The notes under the pieces are model-generated. The model worked only from the letters and a program-made list of their open reading frames with translations. It was not told where the DNA came from and ran no database searches. Source: a virus. From it: DNA of 64,000 bases. The stretch covers positions 32,001 through 96,000 of IMG/VR virus record IMGVR_UViG_3300018426_001942; one strand, written 5' to 3'. Each line of letters starts with the position of its first letter. The first letter of the stretch is position 1. Below, piece after piece: positions 36,855-45,438 of this stretch. A program made the position numbers and the translations under genes.

Positions 36855-37739
36855 ATGAAACTACGTTATTCAGAAGCATTTTATAGTGTACAAGGTGAAG
36901 GAAAGTTTGTAGGAGTACCTAGTGTGTTCCTACGTACATTTGGTTGTAACTTTCGTTGTATGAACTTTGGATTAGAACGTGGAACACCTGCAAGAGCAGA
37001 TGGTGTAAAACATAATCCAGAAGTAAAAAAATTACTAGATAGTAATATTATCAACACTGTTGAAAAGTTTGAGGACTTGCCTGTAATACATACAGGTTGT
37101 GATACATATGCAAGTATCTATCCTGAGTTTAAAAAGTTTATGATGGATAGAACTGTAGATGAAGTTGTTGAACATTTATTGTCACTTACTCCAGAAGGCA
37201 AGTGGACAATGGACAATGGACAAGATATCCATTTAATATTTACAGGCGGCGAGCCTTTGTTAGGATGGCAAAGGTTTTATGCTGATTTATTAGAACATCC
37301 ACGTATGCAGGATTTGAAAAATGTTACATTTGAAACAAACACTACACAAAACTTACGAGACGATTTCAAAGAGTATCTCAGCAATCAAGACAGATTTAGA
37401 GTTACTTGGAGTTGTTCCCCAAAACTTTCAGTTAGCGGAGAACGCTGGGAAGATGCTATTAAGCCTGATATTGCTAGTCAGTATATCGATGTTGACGGTA
37501 GTGACCTTTACTTTAAGTTTGTTGTCGCTGACGAAACTGATGTTATTGAAGCTGGCAGGGCTGTGGAGAGTTATAGAAACGCCGGGGTGGAATGTCCGGT
37601 ATATCTTATGCCGCTGGGTGGAAGGAGCGAAGAATACAAGCTCAACATTCAAGAAGTGGCTGAACTCTGTATGGAAAAAGGATGGCGCTTCACTCCAAGA
37701 CTCCACATCGACTTATTCGGAAATGCGTGGGGGACTTGA
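36855..37739 (+). CDS. queE: 7-carboxy-7-deazaguanine synthase (radical SAM)
   Basis: FYSVQGEG, FLRTFGCNFRC...(insert)...GCDT, TGGEP, ETN, CSPKL, RLH. Confidence 0.9.
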   Translation: MKLRYSEAFYSVQGEGKFVGVPSVFLRTFGCNFRCMNFGLERGTPARADGVKHNPEVKKLLDSNIINTVEKFEDLPVIHTGCDTYASIYPEFKKFMMDRTVDEVVEHLLSLTPEGKWTMDNGQDIHLIFTGGEPLLGWQRFYADLLEHPRMQDLKNVTFETNTTQNLRDDFKEYLSNQDRFRVTWSCSPKLSVSGERWEDAIKPDIASQYIDVDGSDLYFKFVVADETDVIEAGRAVESYRNAGVECPVYLMPLGGRSEEYKLNIQEVAELCMEKGWRFTPRLHIDLFGNAWGT

Positions 37740-37841
37740 GAATGCTTTTGATCCAGATGATTTTATTAAACAAGAACAGCGTGAGCGTAAAGTGGAAAAA
37801 GTAAACGACTTAGAAACTCGTGCTAGGGAGGCAGGACTATA

Positions 37842-38237
37842 ATGGGATGGTGGAAAAAATTAATACGTGATGCAGGTATACAATCTAAAATTGATACACC
37901 TGTTGAAGAAAAGACCCCTGAAGATATACGTAGGGCGGCACTGGAAGAAGAAAAGGCACAGGCTACAAAAAAAGGAGAGCCTTGGGTAGCGGTACTAGAT
38001 ACGCAAGTTAATCCTGATAACATTCGAAACGGTTTCTTTGAACTTGATTGGAACAATGAGTTTATTGAACAGTTACTTGATGCAGGATACAAAGGAGAAA
38101 CAAATGAGCAAATTGTTGATCAATGGTTTCAATCTTTAGTGCGACAAATGCTAGGCGAAGAAGGCCAAAGCACTGATAGAGATATGGGCTATATTAATGT
38201 AGTTCCTATTGATAAAGGAAAGTCAGAGGTGTCATAA
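37842..38237 (+). CDS. Hypothetical phage protein
   Basis: 131 aa; GEPWVAVL, GFFELDWN. Confidence 0.7.
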   Translation: MGWWKKLIRDAGIQSKIDTPVEEKTPEDIRRAALEEEKAQATKKGEPWVAVLDTQVNPDNIRNGFFELDWNNEFIEQLLDAGYKGETNEQIVDQWFQSLVRQMLGEEGQSTDRDMGYINVVPIDKGKSEVS

Positions 38238-38569
38238 TGTTATACAACATAGACGATATTGGTGGAAAATTAGTAAAAGATAATGAGCAATATCAACTAT
38301 TTGATAACACTAGTTTAAAAAATCTTGTAGTAAGTAAAACTAAATTACGAGCAGGTCAGTCTACTAACGGTCATAGACATGCTGGTCAAGAAGAAGTATA
38401 CATCTTTACAAAAGGTCAAGGACAAATGGAACTTGATCATAAAATATTTGATGTAAAAGAGGGAGACGTTGTTTTAATAGAAGACAATGTATTTCATAAA
38501 GTCTATAATACAGATGGACCATTTTGGTTAGAATTTATTTGTGTGTTTGATGGGAAACGCTATGCGTGA
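38237..38569 (+). CDS. Cupin domain protein
   Basis: GHRHAGQEEVYIF..G.G, GDVVLI...FHKVYN. Confidence 0.85.
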   Translation: MLYNIDDIGGKLVKDNEQYQLFDNTSLKNLVVSKTKLRAGQSTNGHRHAGQEEVYIFTKGQGQMELDHKIFDVKEGDVVLIEDNVFHKVYNTDGPFWLEFICVFDGKRYA

Positions 38570-38969
38570 TGATTTAATGGTGCAACAGCAAGTATCTACT
38601 GTATGGCAACATATGGTAGGTGTTATTTGTTTAAATCAAACAAACCGTAAACAAGTAAAAAGAGTTCTTCCTGCTCTCTTTACAGCATGTCCTACTCCAA
38701 TACATTTACTTAATACTACTTCTGAAACAATAAAAAATATTATTAAACCGTTAGGTATGGTAAATGTTCGTGAAAAAAGACTACGTAAGATGTCAGAAGA
38801 TTACTTGACATGGGACGGAAATGATGCTACAATGTTATATGGAATTGGGAAATACGGTAGTGACAGTTATCGATTGTTTTACAAAAATGAGATACCTGAC
38901 AACATCAGCGACCATGAATTGAAACGTTATGTACAGGAAGAACTAAATGGCAACTTATATACTAGTTGA
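38562..38969 (+). CDS. HhH-GPD DNA glycosylase, MBD4-like
   Basis: VQ...W...VICLNQT, IKPLGM, LYGIGKYGSDSYRLF, DHELKRY; parallels the MBD4 glycosylase domain. Confidence 0.8.
   Translation: MRDDLMVQQQVSTVWQHMVGVICLNQTNRKQVKRVLPALFTACPTPIHLLNTTSETIKNIIKPLGMVNVREKRLRKMSEDYLTWDGNDATMLYGIGKYGSDSYRLFYKNEIPDNISDHELKRYVQEELNGNLYTS
38805..38833 (+). promoter_or_regulatory. Internal sigma70 promoter upstream of RNase H
   Basis: TTGACA-N17-TACAAT with TGn extension. Confidence 0.55.
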
Positions 38970-39939
38970 TACAGCAAATACTTTCTTTAGAGCTCGTCAT
39001 GTAGTACGTGGCGATGTAGATACTAAAGTCGGTATGGCTTTACACATTACTTTTAATAGTGTTAAGAAAGCGTGGCAAGACTTTGATGCAGATCATGTTG
39101 TATTCTGCTTAGAAGGTCGCAGCTGGCGTAAGGACTTTTACGAGCCTTACAAGCGTAACCGTCAAGAAACTCGCGATGCTATGTCTCCTGTACAAGCAGA
39201 AGAAGATAAAGTGTTTTGGGAAATCTTTGACGAGTTTAAAAACTTTGTTAGTGAAAAGACAAACTGTACTGTTATGCAACATCCGCAACTAGAAGCAGAT
39301 GATCTTATTGCAGGTTGGGTACAGAATCACCCTAACGATAATCATATTATTGTTAGTACAGATGGCGACTTTGCACAACTAATTGCACCTAACGTAAAGC
39401 AATACAATGGTGTAAGCAACACTATTATTACACACGAAGGGTACTTTGATGACAAGAAGCGACAGCCTGTTATAGACAAGAAAACAGGCGAGCCGAAGCC
39501 TGCACCTGATCCTGCATTTATGTTATTTGAAAAGTGTATGCGTGGAGATACAAGTGATAATGTGTTTAGTGCTTATCCAGGTGTACGCAAAAAAGGCACT
39601 AAGAATAAAGTCGGACTTATTGAAGCATTTGAAGATAAGGCTACAAAAGGTTACAACTGGAATAACATGATGTTACAACGTTGGGTAGATCATGAAGGTG
39701 TTGAACATCGTGTGCTAGATGACTATAATCGTAATGTTACATTATGTGACTTGACAGCACAACCTAACGATATAAGAGTAATGATTAATGATGTAATTAA
39801 CAATGCAACAGAAAATCCTAAGAACATATCACAAGTAGGTGTACGTCTTATGAAGTTCTGTGCTAAATGGGATATGCAACGAATAGCTGATCAAGTTAGT
39901 TATTTCGCAGAACCATTACAAGCGAGGTATCCTCAATGA
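38947..39939 (+). CDS. rnh: T4 RNase H-like 5'-3' exonuclease / flap nuclease
   Basis: ILVD, SWRKDFYEPYKRNR, LEADD, STDGDFAQL, GDTSDNV. Confidence 0.9.
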   Translation: MATYILVDTANTFFRARHVVRGDVDTKVGMALHITFNSVKKAWQDFDADHVVFCLEGRSWRKDFYEPYKRNRQETRDAMSPVQAEEDKVFWEIFDEFKNFVSEKTNCTVMQHPQLEADDLIAGWVQNHPNDNHIIVSTDGDFAQLIAPNVKQYNGVSNTIITHEGYFDDKKRQPVIDKKTGEPKPAPDPAFMLFEKCMRGDTSDNVFSAYPGVRKKGTKNKVGLIEAFEDKATKGYNWNNMMLQRWVDHEGVEHRVLDDYNRNVTLCDLTAQPNDIRVMINDVINNATENPKNISQVGVRLMKFCAKWDMQRIADQVSYFAEPLQARYPQ

Positions 39940-40406
39940 TAAAAGCAAAAACTATTTTAAAAAATAAATTTTGGATTGTAGAAGAATCCGGCGAAAAAAT
40001 TGGTACACTAAGTTACAACGATGAAAGGTTTATGCTTAGTTCTTCAGGCGGTGTATCTTTTTTTAATACAAAGAAAGCTGTTGAAAAAAAGCTAGGTAGC
40101 ACTATATTTGATAGGGAGCCAACCGCAAAAATAGAAGTTACAAAAGAAATATATGGATATCCTACTAGCACAACTCCTTACAATGTAATTTATGATGTAC
40201 ATCGTAAGTTTGCACTTTTTACTAAAAGTTTAAAAAGCAAGAGCTTGTATTGTGCAGGATATTATATTATTCGTTTTGAAAAGGGTTGGGTTAAAAGTTT
40301 TTGTCCAAAACTAATTACACTAGAACGATATGAATATCATGGTCCTTTTAAAAACGAAATGACAATGCGTCAGGAATTATCTAATGCAAACAAAAAAGAA
40401 TCTTGA
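39936..40406 (+). CDS. Hypothetical phage protein
   Basis: 156 aa; FTKS.KSKSLYCAGYY, FCPKLITL. Confidence 0.7.
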   Translation: MIKAKTILKNKFWIVEESGEKIGTLSYNDERFMLSSSGGVSFFNTKKAVEKKLGSTIFDREPTAKIEVTKEIYGYPTSTTPYNVIYDVHRKFALFTKSLKSKSLYCAGYYIIRFEKGWVKSFCPKLITLERYEYHGPFKNEMTMRQELSNANKKES

Positions 40407-40641
40407 TCCAATAAACACTTTTCCAGTGCAACAGTTTATACAAACTGTAAAAAGTGCCGACAATAGTAGAGCAAAAGAAATTCGTTTGGATATAAACGAA
40501 GCAAAAAGATTAGCATTTACTCTAGGCGAAGTAATGGCTCGACTCAACGGTGATATGGAAGCGTTTATTAAAGAACACATGTCTAATATAGAAAATGAGC
40601 CTGTAGAGGTTCAATTAGACGGTGGATCTGACTGGAAATAA
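40384..40641 (+). CDS. Hypothetical protein
   Basis: 85-aa ORF. Confidence 0.6.
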   Translation: MQTKKNLDPINTFPVQQFIQTVKSADNSRAKEIRLDINEAKRLAFTLGEVMARLNGDMEAFIKEHMSNIENEPVEVQLDGGSDWK

Positions 40642-40700
40642 CCACGCACTTAATACAAAAAAGAGATAAATATATACGTAGTTAACTAAGGATTACGTAT

Positions 40701-40988
40701 ATGAGTAGACCAAAGCCAAGTGTTCTATTAGAACATATTAACAAAAAAAATTATAGATGTGAACAAGTACTAGATGCTGATGCTATCTGGGCTGTCTTCT
40801 ATAAAGAAAAACCTTTCAATCTTAAAAGTTCAAACGCCTTAACAAATTATCCTGGGCCTAAATACAAGAAAACAAGTTTTTCTAATCCAGGACATGCACA
40901 CAATCTAGCACAAAAATTAAATGAACTTTTTGCATGTGACGATTTCAAAGTATATAAATTAGAGACAGGTGAAATTGTTACAGAATGA
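40701..40988 (+). CDS. Hypothetical phage protein
   Basis: MSRPKP...YPGPKYKKTSFSNPGHA; late motif at 40665. Confidence 0.7.
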   Translation: MSRPKPSVLLEHINKKNYRCEQVLDADAIWAVFYKEKPFNLKSSNALTNYPGPKYKKTSFSNPGHAHNLAQKLNELFACDDFKVYKLETGEIVTE

Positions 40989-41377
40989 ACTGGAAAGAAA
41001 CCTATACTAAAATATTCCTTAAAGAGTTAGGTCATAGTTACAATCAAACGGCTATGAAGGAATATATGCCTCTATGGTGGCAAAACACTAGGAATAAAGA
41101 CGAAGGTGGATTGCGACTTACAGAAGCAGGATTAGATATGTTAAGCAAAATAGATATTGCAACTTACGATATTACATATCCTCACGATATGCCAATGACT
41201 ACTCAAATATTGATATTCTTAGACAAATTTATTGACTGTCCCTATTATATTGGACCTAAATCTATCCTTGTAACAAACCAAAAAAAAGCCGTAGAACTTA
41301 GCCTATTTTCAGGTGATATTAGGAAATACGGGATTACTAAAGCGTTATCAAGACAAAATAATTCAGAAAAAGATTAA
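40985..41377 (+). CDS. Hypothetical phage protein
   Basis: WWQNTR...GLRLTEAG; DCPYYI. Confidence 0.7.
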   Translation: MNWKETYTKIFLKELGHSYNQTAMKEYMPLWWQNTRNKDEGGLRLTEAGLDMLSKIDIATYDITYPHDMPMTTQILIFLDKFIDCPYYIGPKSILVTNQKKAVELSLFSGDIRKYGITKALSRQNNSEKD

Positions 41378-41384
41378 AAAAAGG

Positions 41385-41412
41385 TTGACTTTTATCTTGT
41401 AGATGCTATACT
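41385..41412 (+). promoter_or_regulatory. Sigma70-type promoter
   Basis: TTGACT-N16-TATACT with TGn. Confidence 0.7.
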
Positions 41413-41462
41413 ATATGTATAGTTAGAAATTAGCACTGATAACTTACTAAGAGAGGTAATAC

Positions 41463-42548
41463 ATGGAAAACGCTATCACAAGAACAGTTTCGCCTAACAG
41501 CGCAAAAACAAGCATCACACATGCTATCAAGAAACAACGTCCTATCTTTATTTGGGGTCCTCCAGGTATTGGTAAGTCTGATATTGTTCACCAAATTGGT
41601 GAAACACTAGAGGCACATGTCATTGACGTTCGTTTGTCACTTTGGGAACCTACAGACATTAAAGGTATTCCTTATTACTCTGCAAACGACAATGCAATGG
41701 TTTGGGCGGCGCCTGCAGAACTTCCAAACGAAGAACTGGCTGCGAAACATAAACTTATCATTCTATTCTTAGATGAAATGAATTCTGCTGCACCTGCTGT
41801 ACAGGCTGCAGCTTATCAACTTATTCTTAACCGTAAGGTTGGTACTTATGTACTACCTGACAACGTTGTGATTATTGCGGCAGGTAACCGTGAAGCAGAC
41901 AAAGGTGTAACGTACCGTATGCCTGCTCCGCTTGCTAATCGTTTTGTTCACTTAGAGATGGCTGTTTCGTTTGATGATTGGTTCTCATGGGCTGTATCAA
42001 ACAATATCCATAAAGACGTTGTAGGTTACTTAACTTTTGCAAAGAAAGACTTGTATGACTTTGATCCTAAAAGCCCAAGTCGTTCTTTTGCAACACCCCG
42101 TTCTTGGTCGTTTGTATCTGAACTACTAGAAGACGACCTAGATGAAACCACTACAACCGATTTGGTAAGTGGCTCAGTTGGCGAAGGCCTGGCTGTCAAA
42201 TTTATGGCACACCGTAAGGTTGCTTCACAAATGCCTAATCCAACTGATATTCTAGCAGGTAAGGTCACGGAGATGACCAGTAAAGAAATCAGTGCTATGT
42301 ATTCCCTCACTGTGTCATTGTGTTATGAGCTTCAAGAAGCTGATAAGAAACGTGACAAAGACTTCGATAAGAAAGTCAACAACTTCCTGCGCTTTTCGAT
42401 GGATAACTTCGATACTGAACTAGTAGTTATGGGTATTAAGCTCGCACTTACACAGTACGGACTTCCAATCGACCCGGACGCTGTAGAGTGTTTTGATGAG
42501 TTCCATGATCGTTATGGAAAATACATTAAAGCAGCACAGAGTTCTTAA
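41463..42548 (+). CDS. MoxR-like AAA+ ATPase
   Basis: WGPPGIGKS, LFLDEMN, AAGNR, LANRFVH, TPRSW. Confidence 0.88.
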   Translation: MENAITRTVSPNSAKTSITHAIKKQRPIFIWGPPGIGKSDIVHQIGETLEAHVIDVRLSLWEPTDIKGIPYYSANDNAMVWAAPAELPNEELAAKHKLIILFLDEMNSAAPAVQAAAYQLILNRKVGTYVLPDNVVIIAAGNREADKGVTYRMPAPLANRFVHLEMAVSFDDWFSWAVSNNIHKDVVGYLTFAKKDLYDFDPKSPSRSFATPRSWSFVSELLEDDLDETTTTDLVSGSVGEGLAVKFMAHRKVASQMPNPTDILAGKVTEMTSKEISAMYSLTVSLCYELQEADKKRDKDFDKKVNNFLRFSMDNFDTELVVMGIKLALTQYGLPIDPDAVECFDEFHDRYGKYIKAAQSS

Positions 42549-42552
42549 ACTA

Positions 42553-42590
42553 GATAGGGTGGACTTCGTGTTCACCCTATCACCTTTTCT
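42553..42590 (+). terminator. Rho-independent terminator
   Basis: GATAGGGTGGAC-TTCGT-GTTCACCCTATC 12-bp stem followed by ACCTTTTCT. Confidence 0.7.
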
Positions 42591-42592
42591 GG

Positions 42593-42621
42593 TTGACAAA
42601 ACAGTTAAATATTAGTATAAT
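42593..42621 (+). promoter_or_regulatory. Consensus sigma70 promoter
   Basis: TTGACA-N17-TATAAT. Confidence 0.85.
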
Positions 42622-42652
42622 ATACATATAAATTAGAAAGGACATAGCACAC

Positions 42653-43945
42653 ATGAGCGTAGAAGGTAAAAAACACTGGCAACCTAATCCAGACTTAACT
42701 GAACAAGAACTTGCTGTTATGCGTGAAGAAGTACTTGATCGCATTATTGTAGCTCGTGTAGGTTTGCTTCTTAAGCATCCTTTCTTTGGCAACATGGCAA
42801 CACGTTTAAAAATCCAAGCCGCAGATGATTGGATTCCTACAGCGGCCGTAGATGGACGTAATCTTTATTTTAACACTCAGTTCTTTAATGCAATGGATAA
42901 TAAAGAAATTGAGTTTGTTATTGCACACGAAATTTTACACTGTGTATTTGATCACTTAGAACGCCGTACATGGCAGGATCGTAACCTAGATCCTATGATT
43001 AGTAATATTGCACAGGATTATATTGTGAACAATATTTTGGTACGTGACAACATTGGCACAAAACCTAAATTAGTTGACTGTTTTCAAGACTTCAAATATG
43101 AGAGTTGGACTTCTGAAGAAGTTTATGATGACCTTTTTGAAAAGTATGACAACCAAGAGCTAGAAGCTTTAGGTGAATTGCTCGATGAGCATTTAGATTG
43201 GACAGAAGGTGCAGGTGAAGGTCAGGACGGCGACAGCGGTAAAGACGGTAAAGGTAATGGTCGTCCTTCATATTCAAAAGAAGAACTTAAAAAGATACGT
43301 GACGAAATTAAAGAGAATATGATCACTGCCGCACAGAGTGCAGGCGCAGGCAATATTCCAAAAGGTGTAGATCGTTTAATTAAAGATTTAACTGAACCTA
43401 AAATTAACTGGCGTGAATTACTACGTCAGCAAATTCAAAGTACAATTAAAAGTGATTACACATTTATGCGTCCTTCACGTAAAGGCTGGCACACTGGTGC
43501 TGTACTTCCGGGTATGAACTTTGAAAATACTATTGATATTGCAATCGGTATTGATATGAGCGGAAGTATTGGTGATCATCAAGCACAAGACTTTTTAAGT
43601 GAAGTTAAAGGCATTATGGACGAATACAAAGACTATGCAATTAAATTATGGTGCTTTGATACCGCTGTATATAACGAGCAAGACTTTACATCAGATAACG
43701 GTACTGAATTACTAGATTACGAAATCTTAGGCGGCGGCGGCACTGACTTCGATGCTAACTGGACTTACATGCGAGAAAACGATATTCAACCTAAAAAGTT
43801 TATTATGTTCACAGACGGCTATCCTTGGGGTAGTTGGGGCGATGAAGATTACTGTGAAACAGTCTTTATTATTCACAGCAACCATGACAAAAACTTGCAA
43901 GCACCGTTTGGAGTAACAGCACACTATGAAGCTCAAGCAGCCTAA
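42653..43945 (+). CDS. Metallopeptidase-like + VWA domain protein (DUF2201 type)
   Basis: TAAVDG, AHEILH (HExxH), MIDAS IDMSGS, GGGGTDF, FTDG. Confidence 0.88.
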   Translation: MSVEGKKHWQPNPDLTEQELAVMREEVLDRIIVARVGLLLKHPFFGNMATRLKIQAADDWIPTAAVDGRNLYFNTQFFNAMDNKEIEFVIAHEILHCVFDHLERRTWQDRNLDPMISNIAQDYIVNNILVRDNIGTKPKLVDCFQDFKYESWTSEEVYDDLFEKYDNQELEALGELLDEHLDWTEGAGEGQDGDSGKDGKGNGRPSYSKEELKKIRDEIKENMITAAQSAGAGNIPKGVDRLIKDLTEPKINWRELLRQQIQSTIKSDYTFMRPSRKGWHTGAVLPGMNFENTIDIAIGIDMSGSIGDHQAQDFLSEVKGIMDEYKDYAIKLWCFDTAVYNEQDFTSDNGTELLDYEILGGGGTDFDANWTYMRENDIQPKKFIMFTDGYPWGSWGDEDYCETVFIIHSNHDKNLQAPFGVTAHYEAQAA

Positions 43946-44195
43946 TCCATTAAATTTTTTCAATGTAAGAAAAACTCATTTTTGCCCAAAGCATTTTGAA
44001 GTTATTACCGTTGATCAGACATACAATATGGAGCCTAGTATTACTAGATGGATTTCTGAGAATCTTAAAAAGAGATACTTTATTGCAAAAGATAACTCTT
44101 ATACACATAAGTCTAATTCTTTAAAAGTAGGTTTTGAGGATCCAAAAGAAGCAAGTTATTTCATGTTGGCGTGTCCACATTTGAAGTACAAATAA
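43926..44195 (+). CDS. Hypothetical protein
   Basis: 89 aa; VGFEDPKEASYFMLACP. Confidence 0.65.
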   Translation: MKLKQPNPLNFFNVRKTHFCPKHFEVITVDQTYNMEPSITRWISENLKKRYFIAKDNSYTHKSNSLKVGFEDPKEASYFMLACPHLKYK

Positions 44196-44233
44196 ATAAA
44201 GTACGCATATATATTATTATAGGAGATTAAAAT

Positions 44234-44482
44234 ATGAGCGATGAAAATAAAACTGAAGCACAACCTGCTCCTGAGCAAGCACCTGCACCAGATCTTACTG
44301 TGCAAGATCTAACAGCAATGAGAACTATCATTGATGTAGCAAGTAGTAGAGGCGCATTTAAGCCTAACGAAATGACTACTGTAGGTACTGTTTATAGCAA
44401 ATTAGAAGCATTTTTAGGTGCTGTTGCAGCTCAACAAGAAGCTCAACAAGAAGCACAAAAAGAGGCTCCTAAAGGAGAATAA
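44234..44482 (+). CDS. Hypothetical protein
   Basis: AGGAG RBS; IIDVASSRGAFKPNEM. Confidence 0.7.
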   Translation: MSDENKTEAQPAPEQAPAPDLTVQDLTAMRTIIDVASSRGAFKPNEMTTVGTVYSKLEAFLGAVAAQQEAQQEAQKEAPKGE

Positions 44483-44483
44483 T

Positions 44484-45074
44484 ATGAAACATATTGGAAG
44501 ACAAATTAATCCTAAGAGACGTTGTGCTGTAGCATACCGTGTAATTCCTAATGATCCAGATAACTGTTTAGTTGTTTTTACTGATAGTTTAGAGTCTGAT
44601 GCACACGATTCATTAATGAACTTAATAGAATCAAACGCAGGTCAGACAGCATATGAACTTGCAGAAGCAATGAACAGAGCTGTTTTACCAGATGGAAGAA
44701 ACATGTTGGTAGCATTTAGTGGTACAGGCAAACTTACTAAGATGCCTACAAGCCAGATCGAAATGACACCAGATATGCAAAGCACCGTTGTTCTTAGCGA
44801 GCTTAATAAAATTATTGCCGAACAAAAAGGCGTAACTGTTGCTGATCTTGCTCTGCAACCAGCAAAATCTACAAATAAGCCTGCAGAACAACCTGCTGTA
44901 CAACCCGAAGTTACAGACTTAGGACAAGACACTGGTGTTCTTAGCGATGAAGATTTAGCGGCTCAATATCGTTCTCAAGCAGATGCTATGTTTAAAGAAG
45001 CAAAGCGTTTAAGAGAACAAGCGGAAGAATTGGTTCCTACCAAGCGTAGCAAGAAGTCCGCCCAAAGTGCCTAG
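44484..45074 (+). CDS. Hypothetical phage protein
   Basis: MKHIGR start after AAGGAG; C-terminal coiled coil. Confidence 0.7.
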   Translation: MKHIGRQINPKRRCAVAYRVIPNDPDNCLVVFTDSLESDAHDSLMNLIESNAGQTAYELAEAMNRAVLPDGRNMLVAFSGTGKLTKMPTSQIEMTPDMQSTVVLSELNKIIAEQKGVTVADLALQPAKSTNKPAEQPAVQPEVTDLGQDTGVLSDEDLAAQYRSQADAMFKEAKRLREQAEELVPTKRSKKSAQSA

Positions 45075-45384
45075 AAAGAATAAACTAAGCAAAGAAGTAA
45101 TAGACAAATGGCCTGAAGTACTCGGTAATATCGACATCAAAGTCGTACCTACTGAGTACATTAAGGCTGTTGAAGTAACCTTTACCGACGGAAAAGTGTG
45201 GATTATTGAAAATGATCCTAACCGTAGCATCCAATCAAATGCTGAAGCATTTGAACAAAGTATGGAAGATTTAATGGCGGAATACGAGGATGTTTTGCAG
45301 AGTGTTAACTTTGTAGTAGATATGGAACGGGTAAAAAAGGACATTACCAAGCGTACAAAAATCTTTATGAAGAAAAAGAAATAA
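45067..45384 (+). CDS. Hypothetical phage protein
   Basis: 105 aa; WPEV. Confidence 0.65.
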   Translation: MPRKNKLSKEVIDKWPEVLGNIDIKVVPTEYIKAVEVTFTDGKVWIIENDPNRSIQSNAEAFEQSMEDLMAEYEDVLQSVNFVVDMERVKKDITKRTKIFMKKKK

Positions 45385-45438
45385 CACTTTTATGATAAAT
45401 ATATATGTAGACTTAAATCATTAAGGAGTTATAAAAAA

